Assembly: GCA_964270895.1 (NCBI GenBank)
Contig: OZ185436.1
Length of the DNA stretch: 64,000 nucleotides
Reading direction: 5' to 3' (one strand)
Origin: Podarcis filfolensis
Taxonomy: Eukaryota
The notes below the pieces were generated by a model. It searched no databases and was not told the DNA's origin. It was given only the letters and a program-made list of their open reading frames with translations. The position numbers and the translations under genes were made by a program. Each line of letters starts with the position of its first letter. Position 1 is the stretch's first letter. Below, in pieces: positions 1 to 14,408 of the stretch.

Positions 1-299
1 AGATCTGCCCGTGTCAGTTGTCTTAGGAGACTTAGATGGGGTTTCCGACAAGTTCCGCGTCCTCTCCACAAACGTCCCTCACTCACACCAATAAGTTTCC
101 CTGGTTTTTAAACGCCTTGCAAACAGAAGTGTTGGCGGGGTGGGGCGAGGTCTTGCAGGTTAGCGAGTTCATTGTGGCATATTCTTAGGCGGGCTAAAGC
201 TCGCTTCACTGAACCCATGAAATATTGCCTGTCCAGATACTGGCATCTAGCGTTATCTGTCATTTTGGGCAAGCACTCAAGGCTGGCTGTAGTCCACAA

Positions 300-397
300 T
301 GTGCTATGCCGCAATAAGTCTTTGTAAGTTTTAACATGCTGCAAGACTCTTTGCACACAACGTTGCAACAGATCCGTAGGCTACCCTTCTGGAACTG
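300..397 (-). mobile_element. Penelope-like element terminal fragment
   Basis: Shares the ggctacccttctggaa motif with 18810-18945 and resembles reptile Penelope termini (recognised from memory). Confidence 0.35.
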
Positions 398-893
398 GTG
401 AGTCAAGATTCTTTGGACTGCCTATCCTCCCAGTTTTTCTTTCCTCCTTTTGTCAGTCAAGGGGTCATATGTGAAATTATCCACTGCTGAATTACTATGC
501 CAGTGGTTCAGGTATTTTGGCCTGTAGCTCAATGCGTGTGCAGCTATTTAATCTTTGGTGGCGCTATGTTTTTGTTTTCTGTTGTTTGCTTTTGCTTAAA
601 GGTTGCTTCATGCATTGTAAACATCTTGAACTGGAGGGCTGTCCTTTGTAGGACTGAACCTGCAACTGTGTGTGTAGATCGTAATATGTTACAATCTTGA
701 GTGCATCTAAAAGCTGCAAGCACATCCAAAAGTCAGTAACCTATGTATGCTGGTCATCTATATGTTTGTCATATGTGAAGTGACCCCAGTAGTTCTTGAA
801 GTCTTGTATACAGACTGTCTCTTTGCATCTTTGTATGAGGTTAAACTACTTTGTTTTGTTATTTTCAGCAAGACTTTTGAAAACTCTTGAAAA

Positions 894-1947
894 ATGGAAG
901 CTGTTGTTCGCCGCTGCCCATTCCTGTCAAGGGTATCCCAGGCTTTCCTGCAAAAGGCTGGCAAATCCCTTCTTTTCTATGCCCAAAACTGCCCTAAAAT
1001 GATGGAAGTTGCGACTAAGCCTGCTTCACGTGCCCTGAGTACTTCATCTGCTCACTGTCAGCAAACTGAAGAAACCACTTCTACTAGTGAGAGTAAGGCT
1101 CAACTTTGCGATTTTGCTATTTAATACTGCATAACTTGAAACTTTCTTGAAATGTTGTCCTTACTAAATTGAAATACAGCAGTGAGCATACTTCTGAAAT
1201 CCAATGGAGTTGCAATACCATTGGCCTGATCTTATTCATCCACAAGAGTTTTTGCAAAATACTGATAGTTAAACCTCCTAGAATTGCCTGCTTGTTTGTT
1301 CAGCAATTTAATTTATTCTACAGTACTCTGAAACTTAGGGTGAGATCTAGTAATGGCAGCCTGTGAGTGCAACAGCCATACAATTGGGGAAGGTGGGGGG
1401 ACATTCTTAATGTAGTGCAATGGCCAAATCCAGTGAGTGGGCAGCTTAGGGCAATAGAAATGTCAAACAGAATTAACCTGTGATATCCTGTTTTATACTG
1501 TTATACTACTTCTGCATGAGTAGCAAATAGCTTGCACAACAGTGCCAACTCTCCTTGATATGGGATCTTGCCCATAGTGATTATAATAGAAGTGATGCAT
1601 TACATTTTAAAATTAACTTTTTATTGGCAGTATGTTTGTAAATGGTTTATTATTTCAAGGCAATATGATGTTAGCCAAGTTCACTTTTGAGAAAGTGGTA
1701 GGCTGACTGAACTTTGAACGTCCTTTTCCCAGTTACAGAGGCCAGAGTATATTGTAACTCGCTCTCTGTACAATCTAAGAACAAGGGTGAAGAACAGTAT
1801 AAAAATTATTGCATACGGTGGATGACACTGATGAAGCTTTTGCAGGGCAACCTTCCAGGGCCCACATGCCAGCAGTAGGGGGGGGGCAGAGACAGAACTG
1901 GGCAAAGCAACAACTGGAAATGTTACCTTTGAACAGTACCCTAGTTT

Positions 1948-1985
<38 letters not shown>

Positions 1986-4900
1986 TCTAGGCAAGCAAAA
2001 GGCATTATCAAAGTTCACATTCCAGCCATGCAGTAGTGTATGAAGTGGGACCGGTGAGGAGAATGGCTAGTGTGGCTGGTCACGGGGTGTGGTTTGCAAA
2101 GAGATTCAGGGGCCAGATAGGCTTGCGAGGCTGCATTTGCCCCTGAGCCTCAGGTTCCTCATTCCTGATTTAGGGGCGTCTTAAATGGCAAATGACCTGG
2201 CACCACAGTTTTGCCTTTTTTGAACTTTGCTTTTGTTGCTTAAAATATCTTTAATCACAGGCTTTCTACATGCTGTTGAAATATGTTTTCATCACTGCAT
2301 CAGGAAGTGCTAACTAAAGGCAAGAGCCTGGCAGGAGAAACTTCAGGAAGCAAGAACTTGGGAAATACTAACTGTACAAATCTATGTTTTTCATTAGAAG
2401 AAAATCCCACTTAATTAAATGAGGTGTACAACCCTTCAAAGTGTGCATAGGACTGCAGTCTAAGGCTTTTATCCTATATACTGTAACTTAGAAGTAAATC
2501 CCATGGATTCAGTTGGATTTCCTTTTAAGTAAATGTACATAAGAGTGTGCTGCTGGTTCTCTTGAACACTTGTCAGTTAAAACTATATGTTACACACTGT
2601 TATTGTGAGGCATAGCCCTGATTTTTAAAATGATTCTACAAAAGCAGACTTCTCATTAATGAAAGAAAACTGTTGTGTGTTCAAATATACTGTATGTCAA
2701 AACGAATAATGGGACTGATGTAACGATTCATCCATTTCTTCTTTGCACAATACTGGTCCGTTTTTTAGTGTTCCCCTCTGAGTATAGTGTTCCCTTTTAG
2801 TTTTAGTGTTCCCCTTTAGTTTTCTGAGTATAGTTTGATATGTTGCTGGGCAGGGGGGAGAGTGTAGTGTTTCCGCTCTCTGAGTATTTTTTTAGTTTGG
2901 TTAGTTAAACAGCGCTTCTGAATGAAAATGTTTTCAATCCTTACAGTATCTGGATAATATTTAAGGTATTACACATAAAATATATTTTAAGACACATACA
3001 ACTAGCACCCCTATCAAAATGAGTACCTCAGATACCTTTGTTGCATACTAAACACTTTATTCTTTTATTCAAGAGGCCAAAAATTCACCAGATGTGGCCC
3101 AACGAAACATAAGCAGATCCCAACTTCCATTGAGCCACCCACCTGCCGCTGGCCAGAGTGCAAGCCAAGCCACTGTGACTAAATGCCCATTCTTGGCAGC
3201 TCAGATGAACGAAGGGAACAGCAGTGTTTTCCGCAAAGCTAGCCTGGAACTCCAGGAGGATGTGGAAGAAATGCAAGCAGTAAGAAAAGGTATCACCTCT
3301 TTGGAGGTTTAATAAAATTTGGTTCTAATCGTGCTAGGTAGATTTTAAAGAGAGGAGACAAAACTGAACAAAGTTTAGTCCAAGTTTCTCAAGCTCTTTA
3401 AATTGTGTAGCTCTCGCAGAATCCACGTGTTGCACATCCATTGGCTTGGGTTTTTCTATCTGCTTTATTTACCGTTAGTTGTTGGTGTAATAATAATGAT
3501 CATAGTTCTGAAACCTGTCTGAGCCAAAGATCTCTCTTTCTAATGGTGGTGTTTCCTGTAAGTACAGTTATGAAATAGAGGAAAACACTTTGGGACAGTT
3601 AATTCACACGCTGCTTTAAATGCACTGTAAAATAACAGACTTTCACTTGCCTCTGCTCTGAAAGCATGGCTACTTTTAGGGAAACACTAATTGATTCTCA
3701 GTGACTTGGACTTTGAATAGGCCACAATACAAGGAAGAAAGCAAGTGGACACCAGTGTAGTGCTAAGCAGTTGTTCATGTATAACTATAAACTTTCGTTG
3801 TCCGGTTAACTAGAGTAGATTCATGCAGCTGTGTTTTATTGGTTGGATTTTTGGGGGGAAATGTGGGATAGTTTGAAAATAACTGAGTTTGAAAATAACT
3901 AACACACATAAAACTGGGAAGATACCTATCATGAAATGAATGGTAGAGGGCTGAGAAACAGTTATCCCCTATGTGAATCCCCAGCACTGCCAGGACTTAT
4001 TCTGAAGAAAAAAAGTACTTGTAATCATTAAATATACTACTTCATTCAGTTACAGTAACATTTTTTAAAAACAACTGCATTGTTTACACATGAAATTTAA
4101 TTTGAGCTGTCCAATCACTACTTTAATTTTCTTATGCCACCTTGCTATGTAGAATTTGCCAAAACACCAGAAAGTACTGTTGCGGTAAACACTAAGATGG
4201 ATGGGGGAAATCCAAATGATGGCTTGTTGAAGAAATTCCAAGATATGATGTTGAAACAGAGACCAGAAAGGGTGTCTCATCTGCTTCAGGAGAACTTACC
4301 GAAATGTGAGGCACAGTCTTGTTTAACTTGATGGAAATCAAAAGCTTGTATAAACTTTGTTGGTTGTTCTAGCTGCTTACATATGCTAATGCCTTCCTCT
4401 TCTAGCTGTTTCTACTTTCCAGTATGATCAGTTCTTTGAGAAAAAAATTGATGAGAAAAGAAAAGATCATACATACCGTGTGTTCAAAACTGTGAACCGA
4501 AGAGCCCAGGTTTTTCCCATGGCAGATGACTATTCAGAATCCCATAGCAGCAAGAAAGAGGTGTCTGTCTGGTGCAGCAATGATTATCTTGGGATGAGTC
4601 GTCATCCTAGAGTTTGTGGAGCTGTTATGTAAGTGGTTTTTAATTGACAGTAAAATGTTGGCTAATTACATTGTGTCTTCTAGAAGCCTACCCAACACCA
4701 TTGTTGGTTACAAGCAAATTACTAAGTTATAGGTCCTCTTTGGTTATTAGGGGACCTTTTGTCACTGTCTTTTCCTTGTAATGAGCCACCCACCTGTATC
4801 ATATTTCCACATGACACCAAACTGGTTTTAAAAGATTAAATGGAGTTCCCCTGTATTTCTTAATACAGAATGCTTCTCCTCTAATTGCCACAAGTAGTTT

Positions 4901-7900
4901 GCTTATAATGAAGAGTGTTTTTTAAAAAAATCTCAAGCTGGTAACCTATGAGATCCGCCCCCCCCCCCCCGCAAATTATCCTAGTTTGTGCTTGGATTTA
5001 TCACTCAGGCCAGCTATTTAAAACTCCCCTACATGAATGGGAATGCAACTTATTTGTGAATGTGAGATTGCTTCAAGTTGTGTTTAATGACCCTGTTGGA
5101 ACCTTCCTCACAGGGAAACACTGAAACAGCATGGTGCAGGAGCAGGAGGCACCAGGAATATATCAGGAACCAGTAAATTCCATGTTGATCTTGAGAAAGA
5201 ATTGGCTGATCTCCATGGAAAAGATGCTGCTCTGTTGTTCTCTTCTTGCTTTGTAGCAAATGATTCAACACTCTTCACACTAGCCAAAATGTTGCCAGGT
5301 AAATCTAACATGAATATGCTGTTCTACTGTACCTTGAAGGAATTGCTAAAAAAATATATTCCGTGGTACATTCATTTCAAATACTGTAAAACACCAAATT
5401 GCATCAAGATTGCCCCATATTAATTCAATACAGACACTTAAACTAGCTTGGAGTTGAACGTGGCTAGCAGTTTTATCAATCCAGCCAGGTTAAGTGCATG
5501 TTTTTGCCACCTCATGGAAATTGTATCAAAAGCTTTGAACTGAAAAAACCCAAACTTGATGTGTGAAGACAAAATGCAAGTACAATGCAAGCGCATAGCG
5601 TCTAGGGTTTTGTTCCGGATTCTGTGTATACATGAAAATTGCTTATACCCAAACCCTTGGAGCCGCCCCGGCGGCTAGCAGGTGAAGAGAGAGAATCCCC
5701 CATACTTCCATAGCCTGTGCACTGGGCAGGCTTTGCCTCCCAAGTAAAAGCAGAAAACGTAGAAGTTCTTTTTATGCCAGGTAGCCCCAAGTGGACCCAG
5801 TGCAAAAAGAGCTTGCTGGGCACATCCCGCTTGGCACACTGGCTCTGGGAGGCTAGGGATGCTCATATGAGATCTTGCAGGAACTTGGATGGGCCCCACA
5901 AGATCGTGTGCAGAAATCCCAAAGCTGGTGCGCTAAGCACGCATTTCCCCCCGCGGGCAAGATAGGGAGCTTAAAAGCTCTTTACGCACTGGGTAACCCC
6001 AAGCAGACCCAGCAAAAACATAACTTTTAACCTCTCCACCAGGCTTGGATTTAACTTGCGCAGTTTCAGCCAACTTGTTGAAACTTGCTCAAGTTAAATG
6101 GGTATAAGATGCGGCTGTACGGTAGCTGAATTTGAAGGTACCACTTGGTTTTTTGTTTCTTTACATATTTTCCCTATGTTCTGGGTATCTAATGACACTT
6201 CCTATATAATATGTGGCCACAGCAATACCGAGGCAACACTGGATCATTCCTGCCCTGCTCACTCACTAGATTTCCTGCTTAAAAGACTACCTTGTTCAGT
6301 GATGTTGCTTCCCTTCCAGAATCATAGAATGGGGTTCTCCTAACAATTCTGGATTTGAGCAATAGTTGCCAGGAAAATTCCAAGAACAGAATTTGAAAAT
6401 TGAGGTGACTTGCAAAAGGCAGGACCAGCTGGGTAATATCTGGGTTCAAGGTTTGAACCCGCTGCCTCCTTTCCCCCAGATACAGTAGCTTGTTTGACAG
6501 GTTCCCACAAGAATCTTATTGCTCTAGGTTTCTTTACATTCAGGTTGGGATAATCTGATCTCTCTCTAGCTGGATTAGTGAGTTGTCCTAATCCTATCCA
6601 GTTACAGATGATCAAGCTGCAATGTGGTATTTGACTGGCATCTCTCTCTTTCCCTCCTCAGGTTGTGAAATTTACTCGGATGCAGGAAACCATGCTTCTA
6701 TGATTCAGGGGATTCGAAACAGCAGAGTGCCAAAGCACATTTTTCGCCATAACGATGTTGGCCATCTCCGAGAACTGTTGAAAAAATCAGATCCATCTAC
6801 TCCCAAAATTGTTGCATTTGAAACTGTTCACTCAATGGATGGTATGCTTGCTATATCGTGCTCCAGGTCCTGAAAACTGGGAAGACACGGGTTCTGAAAT
6901 GCAAGAACTTGATATATTACTATTACCTTGTTTTAGGTGCAGTCTGCCCATTGGAAGAGCTTTGTGATGTGGCTCATGAACATGGGGCAATCACCTTTGT
7001 AGATGAAGTACATGCCGTTGGGCTGTATGGAACTCACGGTGGAGGCATTGGAGACAGAGATGGGGTCATGAACAAAATGGATATCATCTCTGGAACGCTG
7101 GGTATGTGTACACTGGTGCTGTTCATTCTAATTTTGAGTAAGAGTGACTAAGAATGAGTCATAAAACAGAATGATCATACCCTTGTAATTCCATTTGCAA
7201 GGATAATTTGTATTTGTGGTAGGTCCTCCATTCCTGCATTAAATCAGTGTATGTGAAAATGTTAGTTGTTTTACAGAGTCCTCCTATCCTTACCTTGAAC
7301 TTAACTCTGTAAAGTAGAACGTTCTTAATCCTGAAACCTGACATGGGAGTTGTGTAAGGAGATTTGGTAGGAACAGAAGTAGTAAATCTATGTCGTAGCA
7401 ACAAGTTTTACCAGTTAAGGCTATTGCTTATTGCAATTTCAAAAGCTGCTATGAAAACAATGTACCAGTGGAAGCACTTTACCTCCATAAATTTTAAGGA
7501 ACTATGAATTGGCAGTTGGTATTACATAACAACTGCAAAGTTGTACCCACTCCAGACTGCTTGCTCTTATTATGCAAGTGAAATATATGCTTTCTCTGTA
7601 GATAACAAGACACTGTGAAAATGCTGTTAACACAAAGTAGCAAAACTAGTAGAGAGGACTGAATATTGTACTAATCTTTCCTAATTTTTTGGTCCTAGAA
7701 GCCCTCTTGGTGGGCCAGTTAGAAAACTGCTCCTGCCACTGAAACCTGTTTGACAGTTGTTTTTAAGTGTCACCATGTGATGTCAAAATGTACTGATTCC
7801 CCAAAGAAGGCTTCATGTCTGCCTTTTCAGATGTGGTCAGGGGTTTTCTTTATGCAGTTTCCCTGTATACATGTGTTTGTGTGCGCACACCTTTAAGCAG

Positions 7901-10769
7901 CTTATTTAAAACTGGGGTGGTAGTTCTGTATTGAACATACCACCTTACTCTGTTGCATGAAGACTTAAAACAGCTCTCTTCTGTAGAAGAGGGATCAAAA
8001 TACTGCATTGCTTGTTAAACATCTGCTTTTTACCAAAATTAGTGGTTTGGTATCAAAAGAACTGTACGCCAAGGATAAAATAACCTTTTGCTTGTTTTTC
8101 CTGCAGGCAAAGCTTTTGGCTGTGTAGGGGGTTACGTGGCCAGTACAAGTTCTCTGATAGACACTGTCCGTTCCTATGCTGCTGGCTTTATTTTTACAAC
8201 GTCCCTGCCCCCCATGCTCTTAGCTGGCGCTCTCGAGTCTGTGAGAATCCTCAAAAGTGCAGAGGGGCAAGTCCTTCGCCGCCAACATCAACGCAATGTT
8301 AAACTCATGAGACAGATGCTGATGGATACTGGCTTCCCTGTAGTGCACTGTCCCAGTCACATCATTCCTATCAGGGTAAATATTTAAGGACTTAATCCAG
8401 TACATAAAAACTCCATTGTTCTTTTATGTCCCACAGAAATTTCATAATTAAGTCTGTATGCATTTACATTCTTGTTGAACTCTGTAGAATATGGCATCTT
8501 CCCCAATTCCCCAAGAGGCATCTTAATGGTTATGACTTCAGCAATCCCCCCCCCCCACTGTTTCAGTTTAAATTTATGCATAAAACAGATTGAGGGAGTA
8601 GGAGATTGATGGCAACCTGCATTTCTTTGCTTTCCGGCCCAGGACCCACAGAATACAGCAATCTGACATTGATTAGGGAAGAGATTGTTATGAAGCCCAC
8701 ATGGTCTGTTGAAGGAACCCGGGATGGGGATACCCTGAGGTCTCCCTGGCAAGAGAAGTGGCACAGGAGTATATCACTGGCCTTGGACCACACACATGTG
8801 CTTCGTTCTCCCTGCCTTTTCTGCTTCCACCCCACCCCAAAGCACTTGCCTCCTAGTTTTAGCTTGTATCTTACTGGTTAATAGTTAATGCAACTGGCAG
8901 TGTCTAAGTACAGGTCTTTGTAACTATAACTTTTGGAGTCTGGTCATGGGAACACCTGCTTGTCCTTGGTGGTGCAAATAATGCATTTTAACAGTCTTGG
9001 AAACTTGTCTAGAAATAATCTTTCTGCCTCAGGTTTCAGATGCTGCTAAAAATACTGAGATCTGTGACAAAATGATGAGCCAGCATAGCATCTACGTCCA
9101 AGCGATAAACTACCCCACTGTGCCACGTGGGGAAGAGCTGCTACGTATTGCCCCTACCCCACATCATACACCACAAATGATGAACTATTTTATTGGTGAG
9201 TGAACAAAGACATAAAAGCACAACAACATTTCCTAACACTTTTCTGACTATAGTGCTAAAGAACTATTTGGGCACTTATTGCTTGCACAATTCCAATCGT
9301 GTGTGGCAGAGAGTAGGGCTGCCGTATCCACAACACCCCTTATTCTCATTAAGGTTGAAGGCTGAAGCTAGGAGCCCACTCTACACTCAGACTCCCCCAT
9401 GTGACTTTAAACCCTGATCATGCATGGGGAGCCTTTTATGTGGAGCATGGCCCTGCTGTACCCCCGCATGTAACTGGAATCCCCTAAGTAATTAATGCTC
9501 AAATAGGGTTACCCCTACAGAAAAAAATGTGCTTTGTCCCTAAGGCTGAACTACCATAAACATGAGAAGCAGGATGGGTGACTGCAAGTACCACTTCCTA
9601 AAATGTACATAAGCTTACACAGTGCAATATATAAAACTGAATTTGAGACCAGTAAAGTTTTTTTGTGATCAGGTTAGATTGCTGGGGTAAAGGTAAAGGA
9701 ACCCCTGACCATTAGGTCCAGTCGTGGCCGACTCTGGGGTTGCGCGCTCATCTCGCTTTACTGGCCGAGGGAGCCGGCGTACAGCTTCCGGGTCATTGGC
9801 CAGCATGACTAAGCCGCTTCTGGCGAACCAGAGCAGCGCACGGAAACGCCATTTACCTTCCTACTGGAGCGGTACCTATTTATCTACTTGCACTTTGATG
9901 TGCTTTCGAACTGCTAGGTTGGCAGGAGCAAGGACCGAGCAATGGGAGCTCACCCCATCACGGGGATTCGAACCGCCGACCTTCTGATCGGCAAGTCCTA
10001 GGCTCTGTGGTTTAACCCACAGCGCCACCCGCGTCCCTCAAGTACTGGGTTAGTGCCAGTAAATCTGCTATTTCTGTCCTAACACACACAAGCTTACTAA
10101 ACAGTTGTTGGCATTCATCTGTCTCAAGAGACAATGGAGTTCACCTCTGGGGGTGAAATCAAACTGAAGTGACCTCTTTGTGGCACAAGCCTGGGCTGCC
10201 CAGATGACAAAATCCCCTCTTGGCCTCACTGATGTGATCCAAAGGAAGGCTGAGCAATACGTTTGGCACCAGGAGTTGCTGGAAGGAGGCGTACAAGGCT
10301 CCATCCAACCGTTTTAGAGACTCCATTTCAGATTTGCGTAGGGTTTTGGAGGCTTCCTCCAAAAGGGAATATTGTCTAGCAGGTAATACAAGAATTGAGA
10401 TTGTCTCTCCTAGTAAACCTGTAACAGGCAAAGGGCCATGAAACCTTTGAACATAACGGGGTCATTAGGGTTTTAAAATTCAAGGCTACTGTGTTAAAGA
10501 AAGCTAATAAGGATGAACCTTGTATTAGTTGTTTTGTGTCTTCATGCTACAGATTAGCAAGAGTGTTTGCCTTGTCTCTGCAATTACCAGAGTTTCCTTC
10601 TCTTGCAGAGAATCTGTTAGCTACTTGGAAGGAAGTTGGCCTGGAGCTGAAGCCACACTCCTCTGCTGAATGCAACTTCTGCAGGCGACCCCTTCACTTT
10701 GAAGTAATGAGTGAAAGGGAAAGATCCTACTTCAGTGGAATGAGCAAACTTGTGTCAGCGACTGCATAA
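894..10769 (+). CDS. ALAS1: 5-aminolevulinate synthase 1 (housekeeping, mitochondrial), complete, 10 coding exons, 637 aa
   Basis: Coding exons 894-1092, 3074-3289, 4153-4305, 4406-4628, 5114-5298, 6662-6841, 6937-7101, 8107-8375, 9033-9195, 10609-10769. All introns are GT-AG with compatible phases; total 1914 nt. N-terminus [11 protein letters not shown]; three heme-regulatory CP motifs (RRCPF, QNCPK, TKCPF); [31 protein letters not shown]; PLP lysine in SGTLG|KAFG; C-terminal CNFC motif. Confidence 0.98.
1949..1982. repeat. (CA)n microsatellite
   Basis: Seen directly in the sequence. Confidence 0.95.
9686..10037 (-). mobile_element. Sauria (Squam1) SINE, near full length, in the last ALAS1 intron
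   Basis: Reverse complement starts GGGACGCGGGTGGCGCTGTGGGTTAAACC (tRNA-like head with B box GGTTCGAATCC) and ends in a CCTTTACCTTTACC tail. Confidence 0.9.
10104..10345. mobile_element. Interspersed repeat fragment, probably RTE-type LINE
   Basis: Resembles a common lacertid repeat (gttggcattc.tctgtctc.agagacaatggag...); family assignment is from memory. Confidence 0.3.
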
Positions 10770-10883
10770 AGCAAACTATAGTCCTATCTATGTCTAGTTG
10801 TTTAGTGTTCAAATGTTCACTGTAGCCTCTTTCCTGCATATGACATGCATTTTATTCCGTAGCTTAAGAACAGAATTCCTGAA

Positions 10884-10889
10884 AATAAA
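10884..10889 (+). terminator. Probable ALAS1 polyadenylation signal (AATAAA)
   Basis: AATAAA about 115 nt after the ALAS1 stop, followed by U/GU-rich sequence. Confidence 0.55.
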
Positions 10890-11753
10890 TTTTCAGATGG
10901 TGTATACTAGTTCTGTATTTTATGGTGGTGTTTTCTTTTCCCATCCTCCAATTATAATCATTGCAGATATAACAGAGAGCATGTTCAGATAGCAGTAGAA
11001 ACAAGCTGGGGTCCTGTTAATGAATAACTCATCTAGTCTTTCAGTTGTGCTAACAAATTGCCTTAACAGACTAGGCTAGATGTTACTAAACTGGCAAGGT
11101 TCTGAACCTGGGTATTCTTTCTGCCTGTGCCAGGCCCTCTAATACCAAGAAATTTAAAAGCCAATAGGAAAGAGATGTTATCCTTTATGCAGGTTTAAGA
11201 ATTTTTGGGGTGTTGGGGAATCAGTAGGTTGCATACTTGTTCTCCAGTGCCATGCATCTACCTAAAATGAAAGTCTTTAACCAGTAATTGCTCAGGAAGA
11301 AATGCAGATGGGGGGCGGGGAGTAAATGCAGAAAGAAATAGCACACGTGTAATATCACTTGGGGTGGAGAGGAAATTTTATTAGAGCTAGTGGAGTTTGT
11401 CCCCAGACAGTTTTCAAGTCCCAGAACTCCAAAAATGGATTTGGGGAAGGAATAATGTATAGACACCCAGGAGTAGAGGGGATAGGATGAAACCGCTTTC
11501 CATGCACAAAGGTACCGGGGCCTTGATGAGCAAGGTTTTCCTGCAGCTTTTAGTAATTTTATATCTAGTACTTCAGCCTCCCCCAAACAGATGTTGTCTC
11601 AGCTGAAAAAAAATTGCTAGATTTTACATAGGTGTGCACATACCAGCATCTATATAAAAGTGAGGATGTTGGGGTTGTCAAATGCATGAATTAAGTGAGT
11701 CATAAATTCTGTGAGGACTTTCCTCAAAGTATAAGGAGACAGTGGGATAAGTC

Positions 11754-11882
11754 NNNNNNNNNNNNNNNNNNNNNNNNNNNNNNNNNNNNNNNNNNNNNNN
11801 NNNNNNNNNNNNNNNNNNNNNNNNNNNNNNNNNNNNNNNNNNNNNNNNNNNNNNNNNNNNNNNNNNNNNNNNNNNNNNNNNN
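11754..11882. other. Assembly gap (129 N)
   Basis: Run of n characters in the sequence. Confidence 1.
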
Positions 11883-13995
11883 AAAAGTTTCCAAAGTAAT
11901 CAGACCTTGAGAAAGGAGTATGGGAGAAGTGCAACTCCACATACTATGTTCAGAATGACTCTTCACTTCCTGTTTCAAATAAAGGCAATGGTCTCTAGTG
12001 GACTGAGAGAAGCAAACAGCACTCTCAAATTACTGGAGGTAAGAGTTATGAACACACAAATCCCTTTCAAGCCAATAGAGACATAGCTAAGGATTTGGTA
12101 TGTTTGAATAACTAAAAATTGCATAACAGTAGGTGAAAAGGAATTAGTAACGGGTGTGTCAAATCTATTTAGTAGGAAAAAACATTCCAACCACACATCG
12201 TCTACTAATCCATGCATATATTTGACCCAGTGCTCAAGGGTTGGGGGGTGGAATCAGTGGGGACATGCAGGTGGAGCTGGCACCCACAGCCCCCTCCTCC
12301 TCTCACTCTCTCTGCCCCCACCTTTATTTCCCCAGGTGTTCTTTTGAGAACCTGGATAAGATTATAGTCAGACTATAAACCCTATTATCCATTGCTTGGC
12401 TAATTTCCCAGCTCCATGACTGCTTCAACAGCTCAAGTTTTCAAATGTACTTGCCAACAAACCAGAGTCTTTCATTATCTGCATTCCCAAATCAAATTCC
12501 TAAGTGGAGGGTGGATATTGGTTAGCAACTATTAGGATTCCTCCCCCCCACCCCGCACATATCTGAATTCAAGTCAAAAAAGATGTTAGCAGCTGTTTTA
12601 TAAAACCTGGGCGGATTGGTCTGAATCCAATAAACCAGATGTTATTTTAACCTTTTGTGTTTTGCCTTGGAAAAAGGAAAATCCTGTGAGAAATTAAGCT
12701 TCTGTGTTCTGAGGGAAGACGGTCACATTTCTAATGCCAACTTTTCAGTGAGCTCAGAAATAAGCATTGTTTGAGCTTTATAGTGATCCTGTGAGGCAGC
12801 TTGTCTGAGGGCCATTGTGCCCTCCAGTCATGAAATGTGAGTGATAAATAGCAGGCCAAAGGACACCTGTGCTCCTTTCTTGCATTCAGTTTTCTCTGTG
12901 CTTACGAAATATAATTTGGCAATATGTCTGACACCAGACATCAATGGTGAAAGATCAGCGACAGCCCTGCCATTAGTGAGGCAGCCTGTTTGGGGTGTCA
13001 TGAAAGGCCTGCACATTAGTAGTGATTTAACGTATTGCTTTATTCTTACTTCCTAGGCGAGATGCTTGTGGGATTTTTCTAATTCAAGCATCAAAGTAAC
13101 TTGGTCAGCTTTGGGTACTATGCATCTTGCTTGAGGGAAAAGGGGCAACCATTTACCTTTCCATCTCAGGCAGAAAAATGTCTCGAGCCAGCCCTGTTAA
13201 AGGCACTCCTGAATCCAGTTTGGAAACCATGCTGATTTCAAGCATGTGGTCTTGTCTATGGCATAGAGAGGACCCTCTTCAGCTGTGTTGCTCTGCAGCT
13301 CAGTACACTAAAGGCAAAAAAGACCACATCAACAAGGCCCCAGAGTAGGTTTGTGTGCAGTATCTTATATTTCAGAGTACTGCAAACACTGGTCCCTATT
13401 GGTTTATTGGAGGTGGTAGAGAAACGGAACAATGTTTTGGCCTGACCACCGAGGGTTCTGCATAGGACCTCTAAGAATACTATTCTGGCAAACGCTGAAC
13501 TTAGGAAACCAGGTAATACACACGCCCGAGTGTATGTATTGACAGCATGAGCCATATTTTCCTGTTAACAAAAGGAACTACAGTCTCAACTAAACCTCCT
13601 TCTGCCAGTGTCAAGCTTCGTGGGAAGAGGGGAACTGAGGGAGTGTGTTTTGCAGACCTGCAACTTCCTTTGTGGAAATATTTCTTCAGTCCTGCACTCT
13701 TTAAACTTCTCTTCTGATGAAAAAGAAAAGAGCAGCTAAAACAGTTTAGATTTGTCTTCGCTATATAACCAGGCAGATGAAGGTAGAAATTAGAAGCCAT
13801 TTTTTTTTGGCCTGCTGTTTCTTTCCTAACATTTGTGGTGCTCCTGCCTTGCTTATGGTATATTATTTGCACTGAACCTGCCATTGGAAATTGATTGGTT
13901 CCAGAACACAAATCACTTGTCGTTCCTCATTACTAGATAAGGCACTGAACCCTACATTGTTGCAGATTACAATGGACTTTGCATCTCACAGCTGC

Positions 13996-13997
<2 letters not shown>

Positions 13998-14031
<34 letters not shown>
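13998..14031. repeat. (AAT)n microsatellite
   Basis: Seen directly in the sequence. Confidence 0.95.
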
Positions 14032-14032
<1 letters not shown>

Positions 14033-14206
14033 TTTTTTGTTTGTGTGTTCTTGTTCAGAACAGTCAAACAAAGATGGGAAGGACAGATGACAACTCTGAC
14101 CCCATTCCCACCCTTGTCCTCCCTCATCTTTCTGTCATAGTAGCACCAGAAGCTGCTTCTTTTCAGGAGAGGGCCTGGAATCTGGACAGCTGCCACGGTC
14201 TTCCAA

Positions 14207-14408
14207 CAGGGCCGGCCCAAGGCATCCTCCACATTTCAGATATCAAAGCCAACCAGACTGTCACATGAATCTTACTTCAACACTGGCAATGGGCAGCATC
14301 CTCCACTGCCCAGCAGTCTCACCTAGGGGCAGATCATGTGGCGCACAGTTCCTCCGCTCTTCAGCATCTGCTGCCATCTCACTCTGCCTAATAGTAGAGC
14401 CGGCCCTG
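14207..14408. mobile_element. hAT-like MITE
   Basis: Perfect 10-bp terminal inverted repeats CAGGGCCGGC (14207-14216) and GCCGGCCCTG (14399-14408); no clean target-site duplication. Confidence 0.55.

Noticed and set aside
3424-3429. CACGTG E-boxes as circadian control of ALAS1
   Set aside because: Isolated 6-mers occur at about chance frequency across the window; the ALAS1 promoter lies upstream of position 1.
11650-11978. ORFs spanning the N gap
   Set aside because: Artefacts of translating unknown bases.
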